From Haliotis rufescens (Eukaryota): a stretch of 64,000 nt of DNA. The DNA lies in contig NW_025963890.1 of assembly GCF_023055435.1 (NCBI RefSeq), positions 37,572,001-37,636,000 of the forward strand. The letters are read 5' to 3'. Positions within the stretch are counted from its first letter, which is position 1; each line of letters starts with the position of its first letter. The notes beneath the pieces were generated by a model. That model was not told the origin of the DNA, searched no databases, and was given only the letters and a program-made list of their open reading frames with translations. The position numbers were made by a program, and so were the translations under genes. Shown in pieces: positions 50,831-63,040 of the stretch.

Positions 50831-52049
50831 TGATGATCCTTCTGTTAGTTTTTCAGTCAGCGTGTGAAGACATACATGTTTGTGACTCAGCCAGAGCAAC
50901 CAGCATGTCCAGTTAACGATATTTTAGTGTAAAACCTGTCCATCAACCTTTCCCAGAATGTCTGGGGATAGATTCCGGCCCCAACTTGACTCTAACGTGT
51001 CGAGGTGTTTTGTCCTGGCCCGCACTGAAGCAGAGGCAATAAAAAATGGGAAGCCTCTATAGGCAAATGACGAAATATGTCACTTGACTCTAAGCAGCAG
51101 TATGGTGAGATGGCAATGTGAATGTCAAACCCGCCAGCTCCCTGGGTAGCTGAGCATGCAACGAATGGACATTTCTCCGTTGAGCGGGTGATGACGCCAT
51201 GGCCATGCTCAGAGTGGAGTGTAGCTCTTTATAAGCGGTCCATGATGTTATATTAATGCCATACACTTTACGTTGAAGGAAAATGGGAAATGGGACTCAC
51301 AACATGATCAGATCAGAAGTGACCACGTGAAATCAGCCATTGACACACGTGTTCAACGTAAAACAATACGGTCGAAGTAAATGTGACGATGTGTTGAAAT
51401 ATATGTGTCAACTGAGCATTGAGTAGTCACCGCTACCAGGTACGTATATTTGTTGACGACACAGGAATTTAATGATGGTTTCATTCGTTTTGCAATAAGT
51501 TTGCTTATTTGCTTGGTGTTTACTTGGTGTTCCGTAATATTGGTGTGAGGTTTCAAATTACAACTAAGAGGTATCAAATCACTCATAACCAACCTAAAAT
51601 TTAGACCATTCTGTCATGATCACATGACAAAAGTACGCTTTGTGATGTGTCTTTAGTTGATGACAATAATTGGTTGTTAATTAAGAAATTATCAATAAAA
51701 GCATGTAAACAAATCAGCCATTGTATATATGTCAAATACTTACTTTCGTCAAATAAAAAAACAGATACTTGTGAAAATTAATCGAGTGTGTGAGTATGGT
51801 TTTACGCCGCTTTTAGCAATATTCCAGAAATATCACGGCGGGGGACACCAGAAATGGGCTTCACACATTGTACCCATATCGGAAATCGAACCCGGGTCTT
51901 CGGCGTGGAAAAATAATCAACACCCCTCAAGAAAATGAAGCGATCACAGACGGACTGCTTCTACATTAAGTATCGCTCTCACAAGGACGGCACCAAATGC
52001 TGATTTATGGCAAACTGAGAGGCCATATGCCAACATTTCAACCTATTTA

Positions 52050-52850
52050 CAAGGTATGCGTGTTTCTTCTAACTAACAATGCATGATGTATGGTCAATAC
52101 AATAGGTTATAAAATTATATTCATTTTCTGCAACATTAAGGCAACATATTGGACAGGCTTTGTTAGACTTTTGAAATATGCCTTTATACATATTTAAATC
52201 ATAATAACCTGCACTGAGCTGAGCTAACGAGACTCGCATATTTATTTTTGAAACAAATACCAAAAATTCTTCGAGTATTAATTGCTGCTTGAATGACAGT
52301 CCATAGCGTTCTGACGCCACGAATATTCCGGATATTACGCCATTGAAACAAACGCAAATACAGTAGAAAATGTATGCTATGGTCGGATTTACGTTAGTGT
52401 CCCGATATGAACTAACTTTGGGCATTAATTTCATATGAAGCTATACCTTTGAAACATATGAACATCGTGTATTGTCGTATGCACAAGCACCATTGTCATG
52501 AATGCTATGACCGGATTTGCAGACATTTCCAAGCATAAATTCAATAGTTGATACCGCAGTAAATACTTGATCATAGAGTATTTCCTATGCATTTCTTTTT
52601 ATTGTAATAGGTGCTGGAATGTCCTTTCTCAGTTTACTCGGTTTGAAATATGGACATTTCCTTAGGTGGGGAAACATGTTTTTTAATTTTCAAATGTTTT
52701 CATGCCTAAGAAAGCTATGTATCATTCCGGATATCAAGAAGGGTATCGTATTTGAATAGTATTTAAATGCTCATGTTACCGATACTAAACCAAGATAATC
52801 ATATGTTGTATACAAAGACAAATGAAAAATTAATTAATGCACAATGATGA
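52050..52850 (-). mobile_element. Highly degenerate LINE ORF2 3' fragment
   Basis: YDYLGL (~52790) and C-terminal CPICCLNVAENEYNFITYC zinc-knuckle-like motif. Confidence 0.45.
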
Positions 52851-54481
52851 AATACAGAATTTATAAATACAAGATATGATACAAGATGGCTGGAGTTAAG
52901 ATTCTACTGTTCTTGTAAGAGATAATACCTTCGAGAGGTATTTTGATAGATTAATAATTTCTTTCATCACGGCTCATATGACCTCATTAACCTTATATCG
53001 CTGAGGGTCTGTCTAAACAAAACACTACTATGCATTAGGTCATCAGTTTAATCACTTCATCGGGTTCTTCAGACAATTTAGAAGTGAGTTGGAGTCACAT
53101 GTTATTATTAACATTGAATAGTTACACTTTGTTGGGGTATTCAATGTCTATTATTGCTCTCGTCAAGTCTATTGGATTTTTGAAAACCATTGAGTGGGCC
53201 TTTTTGAAAAGTATTGTACTGTTATATTGTTTTAGGTTTTAATTTCTAATTGTCATCTGTTCGTGTGTTGCACAACTTCATTACATTGATACAAGTTACA
53301 ATTAGCCAGATGTTACACATGTGTGCATTATTCATCCGGTAGACTTCTTGTATATGCTAGTTTGCTTGAAGACCGAATTAACCACTGCATTTTTGCAACA
53401 TAGCATAGAACGTCACCAGTTGAGATGGCGGAAATGCATACCCATGCAAGTCAGCCTATATCTTTGTTTACTGGATAAACACTTTGACCAATATTCAGTG
53501 ACCCAACTGATTACGATAATGCAGATGCATTGCTTCGAGGAAAATGTCCTTAGATCTACACTCCATTGTTTTGTTATTGTATAGGATGCCTCTTCTTGAT
53601 GCATAACGTGTGATACAATGCTTCTTAAGAGGATGTGGTAAGATGCAGATGAAAATTATTCTTTATTGGTAAATTTGTCCGTTACATACCCAAACCAATA
53701 CCTCATTTTCTAAGCATGGTTGAATTTGTTAAATGCTTGCACTGTGAACATATGAACTTATAAGAGAACTGATGGAAAAGGTGTCAGCATCTATGAAATT
53801 CTTTTTATATGAACCTAAAATATTTCAGATGGTGGAAATCATTTTGTTTAAGCACCGGTAATATGAGCATGTGGAAACTATTCGCAGTCTGGGGGTCACG
53901 GGTGGCCCAGTCGTTTAAGGCGCCGCGATTTGCTGTGCAGAGTTGCGTCCCTTGGGCACGCCCGAAACCTGTGATTGTAGGTTCGAATCCCTTTTCGCCC
54001 CGATTATGTTTCTAGGGTTTGTCAGCACGATACCCGTGCTCGTGGGTTTCACCGAAGTGGTAAACGTCTGAGGCCTGCATCACTTCGGGCTTTCCTCCCT
54101 CATTAAGCTGACACGCCGCGATATGGCTGCAATACTGTTAAAGACGGCGTTAAACCCAACTCACTCACTCACTCACTATTCGGAATCTTCTCATACGACA
54201 CGATGCATAACCCACTAAGGCATTTGTACATTTGAAAGTTTACATAAATAACAAATGTTTCCCTGATCAAGGAAATGATCTTTTTTCAAAGCTTTGTAAA
54301 TTTTCAAAACAGTCAGACATTTTAGACAGTTCAATACAAATATAAGCCACAAAGCCCATTGTGCACTCCGACTATATCATGAGCATGTGTTTATGAATGA
54401 CTCTCAAATAGTGATGATACCAGGTGTTCGCAACAAGGTGATGTTGTAAAATTGATACTATCCATGTTCGTATAATAAATG

Positions 54482-54643
54482 GGACGGTGGGGTTAGCCTA
54501 GTGGTTAAAGCGTTCACACGTCACGCCGAAGATCCGGGTTCGATTCCCCACATAGGTACATTGTGTGAAGCCCATTTCTGGTGTCCCCCGTCGTGATATT
54601 GCTGGAATATTGCTAAAAGTGACGTTAAACCATACTCACTCAC
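54482..54643 (+). mobile_element. SINE family A, full length; further copies ~30762-30915(-), 41139-41240, 41560-41698, 42040-42205, 43741-43897, 48260-48418, 51784-51908(-), 59109-59277(-), 61875-62034(-)
   Basis: tRNA-like A/B boxes, body gggtacaatgtgtgaagcccatttctggtgtcccc, (ACTC)n tail; TSDs TCGTATAATAAATG here, TGGCTCCTGAG at 59098/59278, TTACGA at ~61869/62036. Confidence 0.95.
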
Positions 54644-56238
54644 TCGTATAATAAATGAATGTGTTGGGCATTATTTGATCATGTTAATTTGACAGCGACT
54701 TTGACAAGAAATGATAGTGAATCATGAAAGACATTTAAATTGTGTATTCCTATTGAATTTGTTACAGGTATGTCTTTAGTAACACTTATTATTTACACTC
54801 AGTTCTCCACAGGAATACACAACGATTTTGAAATTGTAGACGTACTGTTACCCCGTTACTTATGGGATAACAAGACGTATTCTTATCCTTAGAAGGGAGA
54901 ATTCCGTGAGTCAGTGATCAGTCAAAGAGATGTTCCATTATTTATTGTGAGGCTCAATGTGTTATACATAATATATTAATAAAACAATAATCTTAAATAC
55001 ACATTTTATTTTGATGGGGCTATTAGCGTTTCATATGGTAGAATTTGTATACATGATAACACTTATAATACTTCATTCTTTCAACACAACATTGGATAAT
55101 AATCGTTCAGGAACCATTCATACAATTACTTAAATCACATCTCACTTATACCTCAAAGGTTGTCATATAAATCCTTTATAAATGATGTTTGCCGTTGAAC
55201 CTAATATGTGTATTGGTTCTCTATCAGCATATAATTAATCATACATGAGTGCAATAAATACACAACTATTCATGACAATAGATCTAATTCATTTTCATAT
55301 TCAATAATGAGATATTATGCACGACAATATTCATACAGAGATTATTTAGAAATACACAAAATACATAATATTTGCCACTTTCTATTCATCATAAATAATA
55401 CATTTCTATCTTCATATTATTTGACATAAATAATAGAGTTTGAGCTTACCTTAAATTAGAAGGGAGAATTCCGTGAGTCAGTGATCAGTCAAAGAGATGT
55501 TCCAGTATTTATTGTGAGGTTCAACGTGTTGATATGAAATCACGGACCACTTTTTATAGTCTAAAAAATACTGGAAACACCACTGATCAACGTCGGAATT
55601 CTCTTGATTGGCCAAAACATACACTGTGTCCTTTAATTACAATTTTGGTTGGTTGAAAGATTAGGTAGATTAGGTAATTTACTCAAATGAGTTCTTATAA
55701 AGGACCGTGACCGTGACACGATGGTAATTGCGGTAACTACGTCAGATTAAGTAAACTTTGTTTTTACAGCTGCTGTCTGGATGTGTCTAATGAGTTTTTA
55801 GAGGAGGTGTCACGTGACCGTGACAATGTGGTAACTGCGTTAATTACATAGTCTGAATGTCTATACAATGGTCATTAAGGTAATTTAAAGGTAGTTTTAA
55901 AAGAATTCAATAGATTGGATTTTAAGAAGACACTGGCGATAGCAAATGGTTGATTATGGTTAATTAGGTTGTACCAATACAACGTCCAAAATGTTGTTAC
56001 ATTTTGTTGAGGTTAGCTATATATTCTGCCTCCGATAAAATGCAGTAGTATAACACTTAAAACAACACAATCCAGAAATGATTATCTCAGGAGTAAAATA
56101 ACTGACAACGTATTTTCATTTACATAATAATTCTAATGCAATATCAGTACTCCTTTTCAAGGAGTTTGTGGGTTTTCACATATGATCACATAACTAACAG
56201 TTCAACCAAACTGTTACCAAACTGTTCGTTAAGTCAGT

Positions 56239-58530
56239 TCAAGCAAACTGTTCAATACTAACGCTAAGTTCAGATTTATGTGAAATCAGTTTGAAAACTA
56301 TCACTTCGGATGCACGATATTCCCCATGGGTGATGTACAACGTCCGGTTATGCGCACACCGAACTGACACTCCTTGGGGTCTTATCATACCAGGTCGGTG
56401 AGAGATCAATGTTTGCATGAAATGTCCCTCGGATGAGAACATGACTATGCGGTCATTGTAGTGGTCAGCGACAATGATGTGCTCCTCATGGTCAACGCAA
56501 ACGCCATACGGGAACTTCAGCTTTCCGTCACCGGATCCATACGAACCTAGCTGGAAGAGGAACTCGCCATCCATATTAAATACCTTCACACTGTGGTTTC
56601 CCGAATCAGACACGATTATGCGACCGGAGGCAGACACACAGACATATCTGGGTTGCTTGAAGGTTGTCTGTTTGAGATCGCTTAATTTGAAAAGGAATCG
56701 TCCTGAATTGTCGTACAGGAAAACATCGTGGGCACGTTCATCGGTAACTATAATCCGCCTTTGTTTGTCCACAGCAATCCCAGCGGGGCATTTCAGTTCG
56801 GAGTGTCCAAACATCTTCGTGGAAGAAGCGTCTTTAGGCCATAATGCAAAGCAACCGTCACGTCGTAACGTCACAAGGACGTGTCCATCTGGCGTCATCA
56901 CCGCTGCCCACGGCTCGGAGTGTTCCTTACCCATGAACGTCTGGCGTACACGGCCACTGCGGTCATACAACACGACCTTGCTGTCAAGCATGTCTGTCAC
57001 CAGAACTGACTCACTGTACACGTGGATGACGGACGTTGCACTTTTAAGCCCTGGGATTCCCCTTTGCTTTCCGCCAAATGTGTTGAACAAAATAGCTCGG
57101 AATTTTCCATTGAACTCTTCTCCTTGATTGACATTGCCTTGGACTAAAGGTAGTGGCCGATCGTAACCCTGTTTGGAAAAGCTCACATCAGAATCTGTGT
57201 GGCTCTTTTGCTTCGGGACATCCACCTTACAGACGTCGACTTTGTCATCATCCTGTCCATGTTCCACGTGCTTTTCGGGCAATTTTATTATTTTTAAACT
57301 TGACTTCTTTTTATTTGATTTGCTGTCACCTGATGGTTCCATCAGGTTGTATCGTATTTTGACGTCATCAAATAGAGCCGTCATCTGCTTCTCAAGGTCA
57401 TCCTCATTGTACGCCGGTTTCTCAACTTTCTCTTCAACTTTCACCGCAGGCTTCTTCCGTTTGAAACGTTTTTTAACCCCTTGAGGTTTTGGCTTTGCGT
57501 GTGTCTCAAGTTCCATGTTACTGTTGTACACAGAAATCTTTCCTTTGTGGCGACTTTTAGACTTATCACTAGCAAATGAGGACTTCTTCTGTTTGTAAAA
57601 CGTTTTGACACTAGAAAGAAGAGACGTAGCATTATCCGACTTCTGCTTGTCTACGTCCTTCACACTAGGACTGGGTGACTCTTGGTGCTTCTCACTGCCT
57701 TCTGCAAACTCTTTCATCTTCTCACATTCTTCATATTCAAGTGCCTCCTGGCTTTCTTCAGTTGAGCTAATTTGTTCATCGTCGGTCTCGACGCTGTTTG
57801 GTGCTGACGTGTCCACCTCTCCTTCTTCATCATCACTGGTGGAATCTTCCTTCTCAAGATTGTTCTCCTGTTGGTCACTATGATCACCTGGGTCTTCCGA
57901 TTCAGTTAGTGATATGTCGATGAGAGTTCCTTCAAGCGGTTCTTGGTTAATATCGGCTGTATTTTCCTTGTCATCATTGTCACTGTCCATGTAGTTCTCT
58001 TCAGTGGACGATGTGTTGAAGAAAGATCCTTCAAACTCGACAGGTTCTTCGTCACCATCGGTTTCATTTTCCATATCTTCCTTGTCGTGGTGAAAAAATG
58101 CCCTCAACAAGCCATGTTCTTTATCGCAGTGGAACAATGACTTGTCCTTGTCATGCTGTTGTTCACACTCGCGCAATGGAAGCCTTTCAAAAGCATAACT
58201 CTTTCGGCGCCCTTTGTCATGATGAAACAATGACTTCAGCCTACTATGATATTTGTCATGGTGGTCCAATGACACTGGATTGAAATCGTCGGAATATTGG
58301 CCGCAGACGGGAAGATGAGTCGCTTCAAGACTTTTGCGACGCGATTTGTCACCATGAAACAACGACCCCAAGGTGTCACTATTTTTGTCAGGATGGAAAA
58401 ACGAACTCAGCTTCCCATGGCGCTTCTCACAGAGAACCGATGATTCTGATTCTGAGTCGTCGTGATCTTTGCCACAATCACAGAGAGGAACCTTTTCAAG
58501 ACTGTCATTTGCATGATTCAAAAAGTTCAT
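56239..58530 (-). CDS. NHL-repeat protein paralog 3 (>=763 aa) with His-rich repeats and long acidic and basic disordered tracts
   Basis: Single long ORF; C-terminal ~290 aa align with paralogs 1 and 2 (FRAILFNTFG, SEPWAAVMTPDGHV, CPAGIAVD, FKQPRYV, SDSGNHSVKVF, KFPYGVCVD, VADHYNDR, ITHGEYRASEV); true 5' end uncertain. Confidence 0.9.
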   Translation of the reverse strand: MNFLNHANDSLEKVPLCDCGKDHDDSESESSVLCEKRHGKLSSFFHPDKNSDTLGSLFHGDKSRRKSLEATHLPVCGQYSDDFNPVSLDHHDKYHSRLKSLFHHDKGRRKSYAFERLPLRECEQQHDKDKSLFHCDKEHGLLRAFFHHDKEDMENETDGDEEPVEFEGSFFNTSSTEENYMDSDNDDKENTADINQEPLEGTLIDISLTESEDPGDHSDQQENNLEKEDSTSDDEEGEVDTSAPNSVETDDEQISSTEESQEALEYEECEKMKEFAEGSEKHQESPSPSVKDVDKQKSDNATSLLSSVKTFYKQKKSSFASDKSKSRHKGKISVYNSNMELETHAKPKPQGVKKRFKRKKPAVKVEEKVEKPAYNEDDLEKQMTALFDDVKIRYNLMEPSGDSKSNKKKSSLKIIKLPEKHVEHGQDDDKVDVCKVDVPKQKSHTDSDVSFSKQGYDRPLPLVQGNVNQGEEFNGKFRAILFNTFGGKQRGIPGLKSATSVIHVYSESVLVTDMLDSKVVLYDRSGRVRQTFMGKEHSEPWAAVMTPDGHVLVTLRRDGCFALWPKDASSTKMFGHSELKCPAGIAVDKQRRIIVTDERAHDVFLYDNSGRFLFKLSDLKQTTFKQPRYVCVSASGRIIVSDSGNHSVKVFNMDGEFLFQLGSYGSGDGKLKFPYGVCVDHEEHIIVADHYNDRIVMFSSEGHFMQTLISHRPGMIRPQGVSVRCAHNRTLYITHGEYRASEVIVFKLISHKSELSVSIEQFA

Positions 58531-59301
58531 CCTTCGAGGAAGGTCTGGGTGACTTGGAAACTACATGTAGAGTGATAATAAGTGTGACTGTTTTTGCAAA
58601 TGAACCAGGTCACACATATCCCTGTGCAGAGTAATATCTGCATGTTTGTGTTTCTTGGTGTGCCAGTCTCGATGGCATTGACATAGTTTCTGCGTGTTGA
58701 CTCCACGTGATAAACCCCACAGGTAGCAGTAGTGAATGTCAACGGTACATATCATAACGGAACATTTGTTGGTTGGTGAGGTTATGTCCATCACATGATC
58801 ACTCACCAAGAAATGTAAGACGCTGAAATTCATAATATTTGACCAAACATCAATTACTGTCAATATATATATATGGTATTGGTATTGATATATATACCCT
58901 AGGCCTTCTGTTTCGATTACATGTTGTTTTGTTAATTGTTTGTGTAAATCACGATGACCTGTAAATAATCGATTCGAGTCGGGGTACGTAGATTGTACAA
59001 GCCGCCAGCCTAGTCGAATTTATTCAACTAACCATAAAAAGGACAGTGCTAGGGTCCTATTTGCAATTCCCGGTCTCAGTAGGGTTGATCTGCAGCTTGG
59101 CTCCTGAGTGAGTGAGTGAGTGAGTATGGTTTTACGCCGCTTTTAGCAATATTCCAGCAATATCACGGCGGGGGACACCAGAAATGGGCTTCACACAATG
59201 TACCCATGTCGGGAATCGAACCCGGGTCTTCCACGTGACAAGCGAACGCTTGAACCATTAGGCTACCCGACCACCCCTGGCTCCTGAGAGTATAACAGTG
59301 C

Positions 59302-59499
59302 NNNNNNNNNNNNNNNNNNNNNNNNNNNNNNNNNNNNNNNNNNNNNNNNNNNNNNNNNNNNNNNNNNNNNNNNNNNNNNNNNNNNNNNNNNNNNNNNNNN
59401 NNNNNNNNNNNNNNNNNNNNNNNNNNNNNNNNNNNNNNNNNNNNNNNNNNNNNNNNNNNNNNNNNNNNNNNNNNNNNNNNNNNNNNNNNNNNNNNNNNN
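59302..59499. other. Assembly gap (N run)
   Basis: 198 consecutive N. Confidence 1.
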
Positions 59500-61420
59500 C
59501 CACTCAGACACAGTATACCGACTCCGAGCGGACCAGTCCTTGTTTTTTCCCTTAATGCCGAGCGTCAGGCAGGGTAAGAACAAGTACCATATTTTAAGGT
59601 ATTTTTATATGGCGCGGCAGGCTATCAAACCCCCGATCTTCTGCTCTCCGGGCAGACAATCTACCACTAGACCACGGAGCCGGTCCTTAAACCATAAGAA
59701 AAGGCAGTACAGTTATCATTGCTCCGAAGAAAGGACTCAATTTAAAAAAACAACAAAACAATTATCTTAAATAATCATGACATTAATTATAGTAATCCAA
59801 CAAATAAAGTACACTGCAGCAAATCTATAAGTACAAACAAGCACATTTCAAACACGATCTCAGCTCATAAATAAGATAAATCTGAAATGTCAAGGTAAGA
59901 TGTATTAAAAGCACGCCTCATAAAACAATATTAAAAATCAACTCAACGATATCTTGAACCCGGAAAAAAAATGTGAAAAACGAATGGAGCTGATAAGAAA
60001 AATGACACATGTATGCTTCGAAACCATTAGTGATTCACGGTGTCCTTGTTTCAACTGTGGCGTTGCCAAAGGTCGTAGGTGACAGAACGAGATGAACTTC
60101 AGTATATCTGTACGGAAGATAGCTTCACAGAAAAGTAATAGATGTCACTCCCTCCTTTGAGTGTAAGCATAGATAAGCTGGTTGAGAGGGAAGATCATAA
60201 GTGAATATTAAGATTGTATGTTTTGAAATAGGCTACATAACCTTATGATGCAGTTACTAAGACTCTCATTTGCTGAAGAAGGATTAGGTTGAAATTCGCA
60301 AGGTGACATTATTCAAGTTCATGAACTAGAATTGTAATCCATTTGAATAAACCTAGTTTGGACAACCCCGAAAACTCCTAACAAAGAGGACGATACAAGA
60401 ATTTATTAATATGGAAATAGGATTGCACTCAGCATAGGATGTTCAAGGATGATACATATGTATGTTTTATTCGTTGCCTTAGCTACTTCAGATAATATTA
60501 ACCACATGTTAACGAATATCAATTTAATAAACTGCAATTTAGTAAGTGAGTTAATATTTAACGTCACATCAGCCTCACTGCAACGTAATCTGGCAATATA
60601 TCACATAGTCTTCATCCCAACGTAATGCAAAGCTATTATGGTTGAAAGTATGGAAATGTAACACAACTTTCGGTAGCATACTCTCGAATTATGTTCTTGC
60701 TACCGCTACACAGGTTATAGCGATTGGCTTTTGTGACATTTCTTTAACGAAATTATACAGAAATTATGGCCACCATGGCGCTTTACAATTTCCAAGTTTG
60801 ATCATATTCTACATCATATACTATCTTATATGACAGGCATTAAAATTGTGTAACCACGCTAACAGTGACTACTGGGTCTACGAGGACGAGGATGACGACA
60901 GCTTCGTGGAGGACCGAGAGGTTCATCCTCTGAGGAAGGCGCTGAGGAGAGTGGCTGCCTTCTGGAGGAGAATCTTCTCGTAGATTTCTCATCCAGTGTC
61001 GTCTGTCTATTAATAATCGGGTCTCGACAAGACAATCCAGTGATTGACATCATGAGCATCCATCCACGCAATTGGGATACAATGACCTGCATCAACCAAG
61101 TCAGCGAGCCTGACCACCCGATATCATTAGTCGCCTCTTACTACAAGCATGGGTTGCTGGAGACCTATTCTCTACCCGTATATTCACGTATATTCACGGG
61201 TAGAAGGGTCATTTAATCCCATCTAATGAAACACAATTCCCGTAACAAAATATCGGTAACAAGGCATAAGTAAGTATAAGCATTGCGAAACTACACTTGC
61301 GTCGTTTTATGCAATAGACACACAATGGACGCACTAGCCTCCGGCCTGAACACAAGCCTCCACTTGCGTATTGTGTTCCACAGAACACTGACATTGCATG
61401 GTGACATGTGAGGTTGGGGG

Positions 61421-61470
<50 letters not shown>

Positions 61471-62714
61471 TGAGTTGTGGTGATTTGGGTGTGTGGAGAC
61501 ATAAGCACTTTGTACGGAGCATTCAATGTTCAGGGTACCTTTGCGAGGTAATTGTACCAAGCATTGGGGGAAAAATAATCATGTCTGTGACATAACATCG
61601 CATCAACGAATCATATGACTGTTCTATATACTAGTATCATACTGAAAGCTGTTTCTGTCTTTAGAATATATTTTAATTGACTGGGTCTGTTTTTGTTTTT
61701 TTTATCTATCATTAGTGTTTTCCGAATGCATTATCACCACTGAAGTTAGTTACAACTGTTTTAAAATAATGTTTTCAAATTAGCGTACTTTACACAAGAC
61801 AGTTGAATATATTAAAAACACACCCTACTCCACCTAATTCTATCTGGATTCATCTTCTGAATAGTTCATTACGAGTGAGTATGGTTTTACGCCGCTTTTA
61901 GCAATATTCCAGCAATATCACGGCGGGGGGACACCTGAAATGAGCTTCACACATTGTACCCATGTCGGGAATCGAACCCGGGTCTTCGGCGTGACGAGCG
62001 AACGCTTTAACCTCTAGGCTACCCTAACGCCCCCGTTACGATATAGATATGCTTAATAAATACAGATGGTGAACACGTCCGTACATAAGTATCTGTGTCA
62101 CAATGGCAACCATCTTTAAGGAGGCAGGATAATGTATATATAATTGACACATTATGATGATGTGATAGTCATTTATATCATAATTAAGCGTCAATTATAT
62201 ATACATTGTTGATAAATACAGGATTAGCTCAAATCAGATGCGATATATTCTCCAGCAAGATAACACATAAAACTCACAATGGTTCTAATATGCAGTATTT
62301 GATTTTTTTTTCAAAACTAAAACGTTACTGCTTACAGTATATATAAATGTGATTAAAACGTATGTTAATATTTAGATATTTTACAGTAAATGTGTTTTTT
62401 GTCAATACGAAATTAAAAAAAACAACAGTAATAATGTTAACCTATAATCGCATCTCATCACCTGAATGGAGAAACAATTCGTGTTGGAAAAGGTCATGTT
62501 GTCTCGTTCCCAATGTTTATGGGGGTCGGACTTAAATGAAGATAACAGTGTCGTACCCCAGTAACGTGAATCGCTGTTCATGCAATCAACCTCTGGTTTG
62601 CCGATTATTTAAAGGATGCAGTGATGTGACTGGACTACTGTTGGTCATGGCGTAAAACAACATTCACTCATTCAGTTATATCACCTAAGGTGCCGCAATT
62701 CATGTGAAAAACAT

Positions 62715-63040
62715 TCTTTCTCAAACTCCCTTTTCCCCCATTCTTGTTCTTTCTCAAACTCCCTTTACTCCCTTTATTGTTCTCTCTTAAACTCCTCTTT
62801 TTCCCTTTTTGTTCTTTCTCAAACTCCATTTCTTGTTCTCTCTTAAACTCCCTTTTCTCCCCCATCTTGTTCTGTCTCAAACTCCCTTTTCTCCCTTTCT
62901 TGTTCTGTCTCAAACTCCCTTTTCTCCCTTTCTTGTTCTCTCTCAAACTCCCTTTTCTCCCTTTCTTGTTCTCTCTCAAACTCCCTTTTCTCCCTTACTT
63001 GTTTTTTCTCAAACTCCCTTTCTTGTTCTCTCTTAAGCTC
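62715..63040. repeat. 33-bp pyrimidine-rich minisatellite (TCAAACTCCCTTTTCTCCCTTTCTTGTTCTCTC), about 10 units
   Basis: Visible periodicity; runs into the 3' end of a family B SINE. Confidence 0.92.

Noticed and set aside
54482-54560. tRNA genes at SINE heads
   Set aside because: tRNA-like part runs into a SINE body and tail with TSDs; acceptor stem incomplete; many diverged copies
59258-59583. ORFs with poly-X
   Set aside because: Artefacts of the N gap
60270-60305. Possible hammerhead ribozyme (CTGAAGA...GAAA)
   Set aside because: Stem II and stem III pairing could not be formed convincingly
61422-61470. His/Thr repeat ORFs (also 49300-49440)
   Set aside because: (GT)n/(CA)n microsatellites
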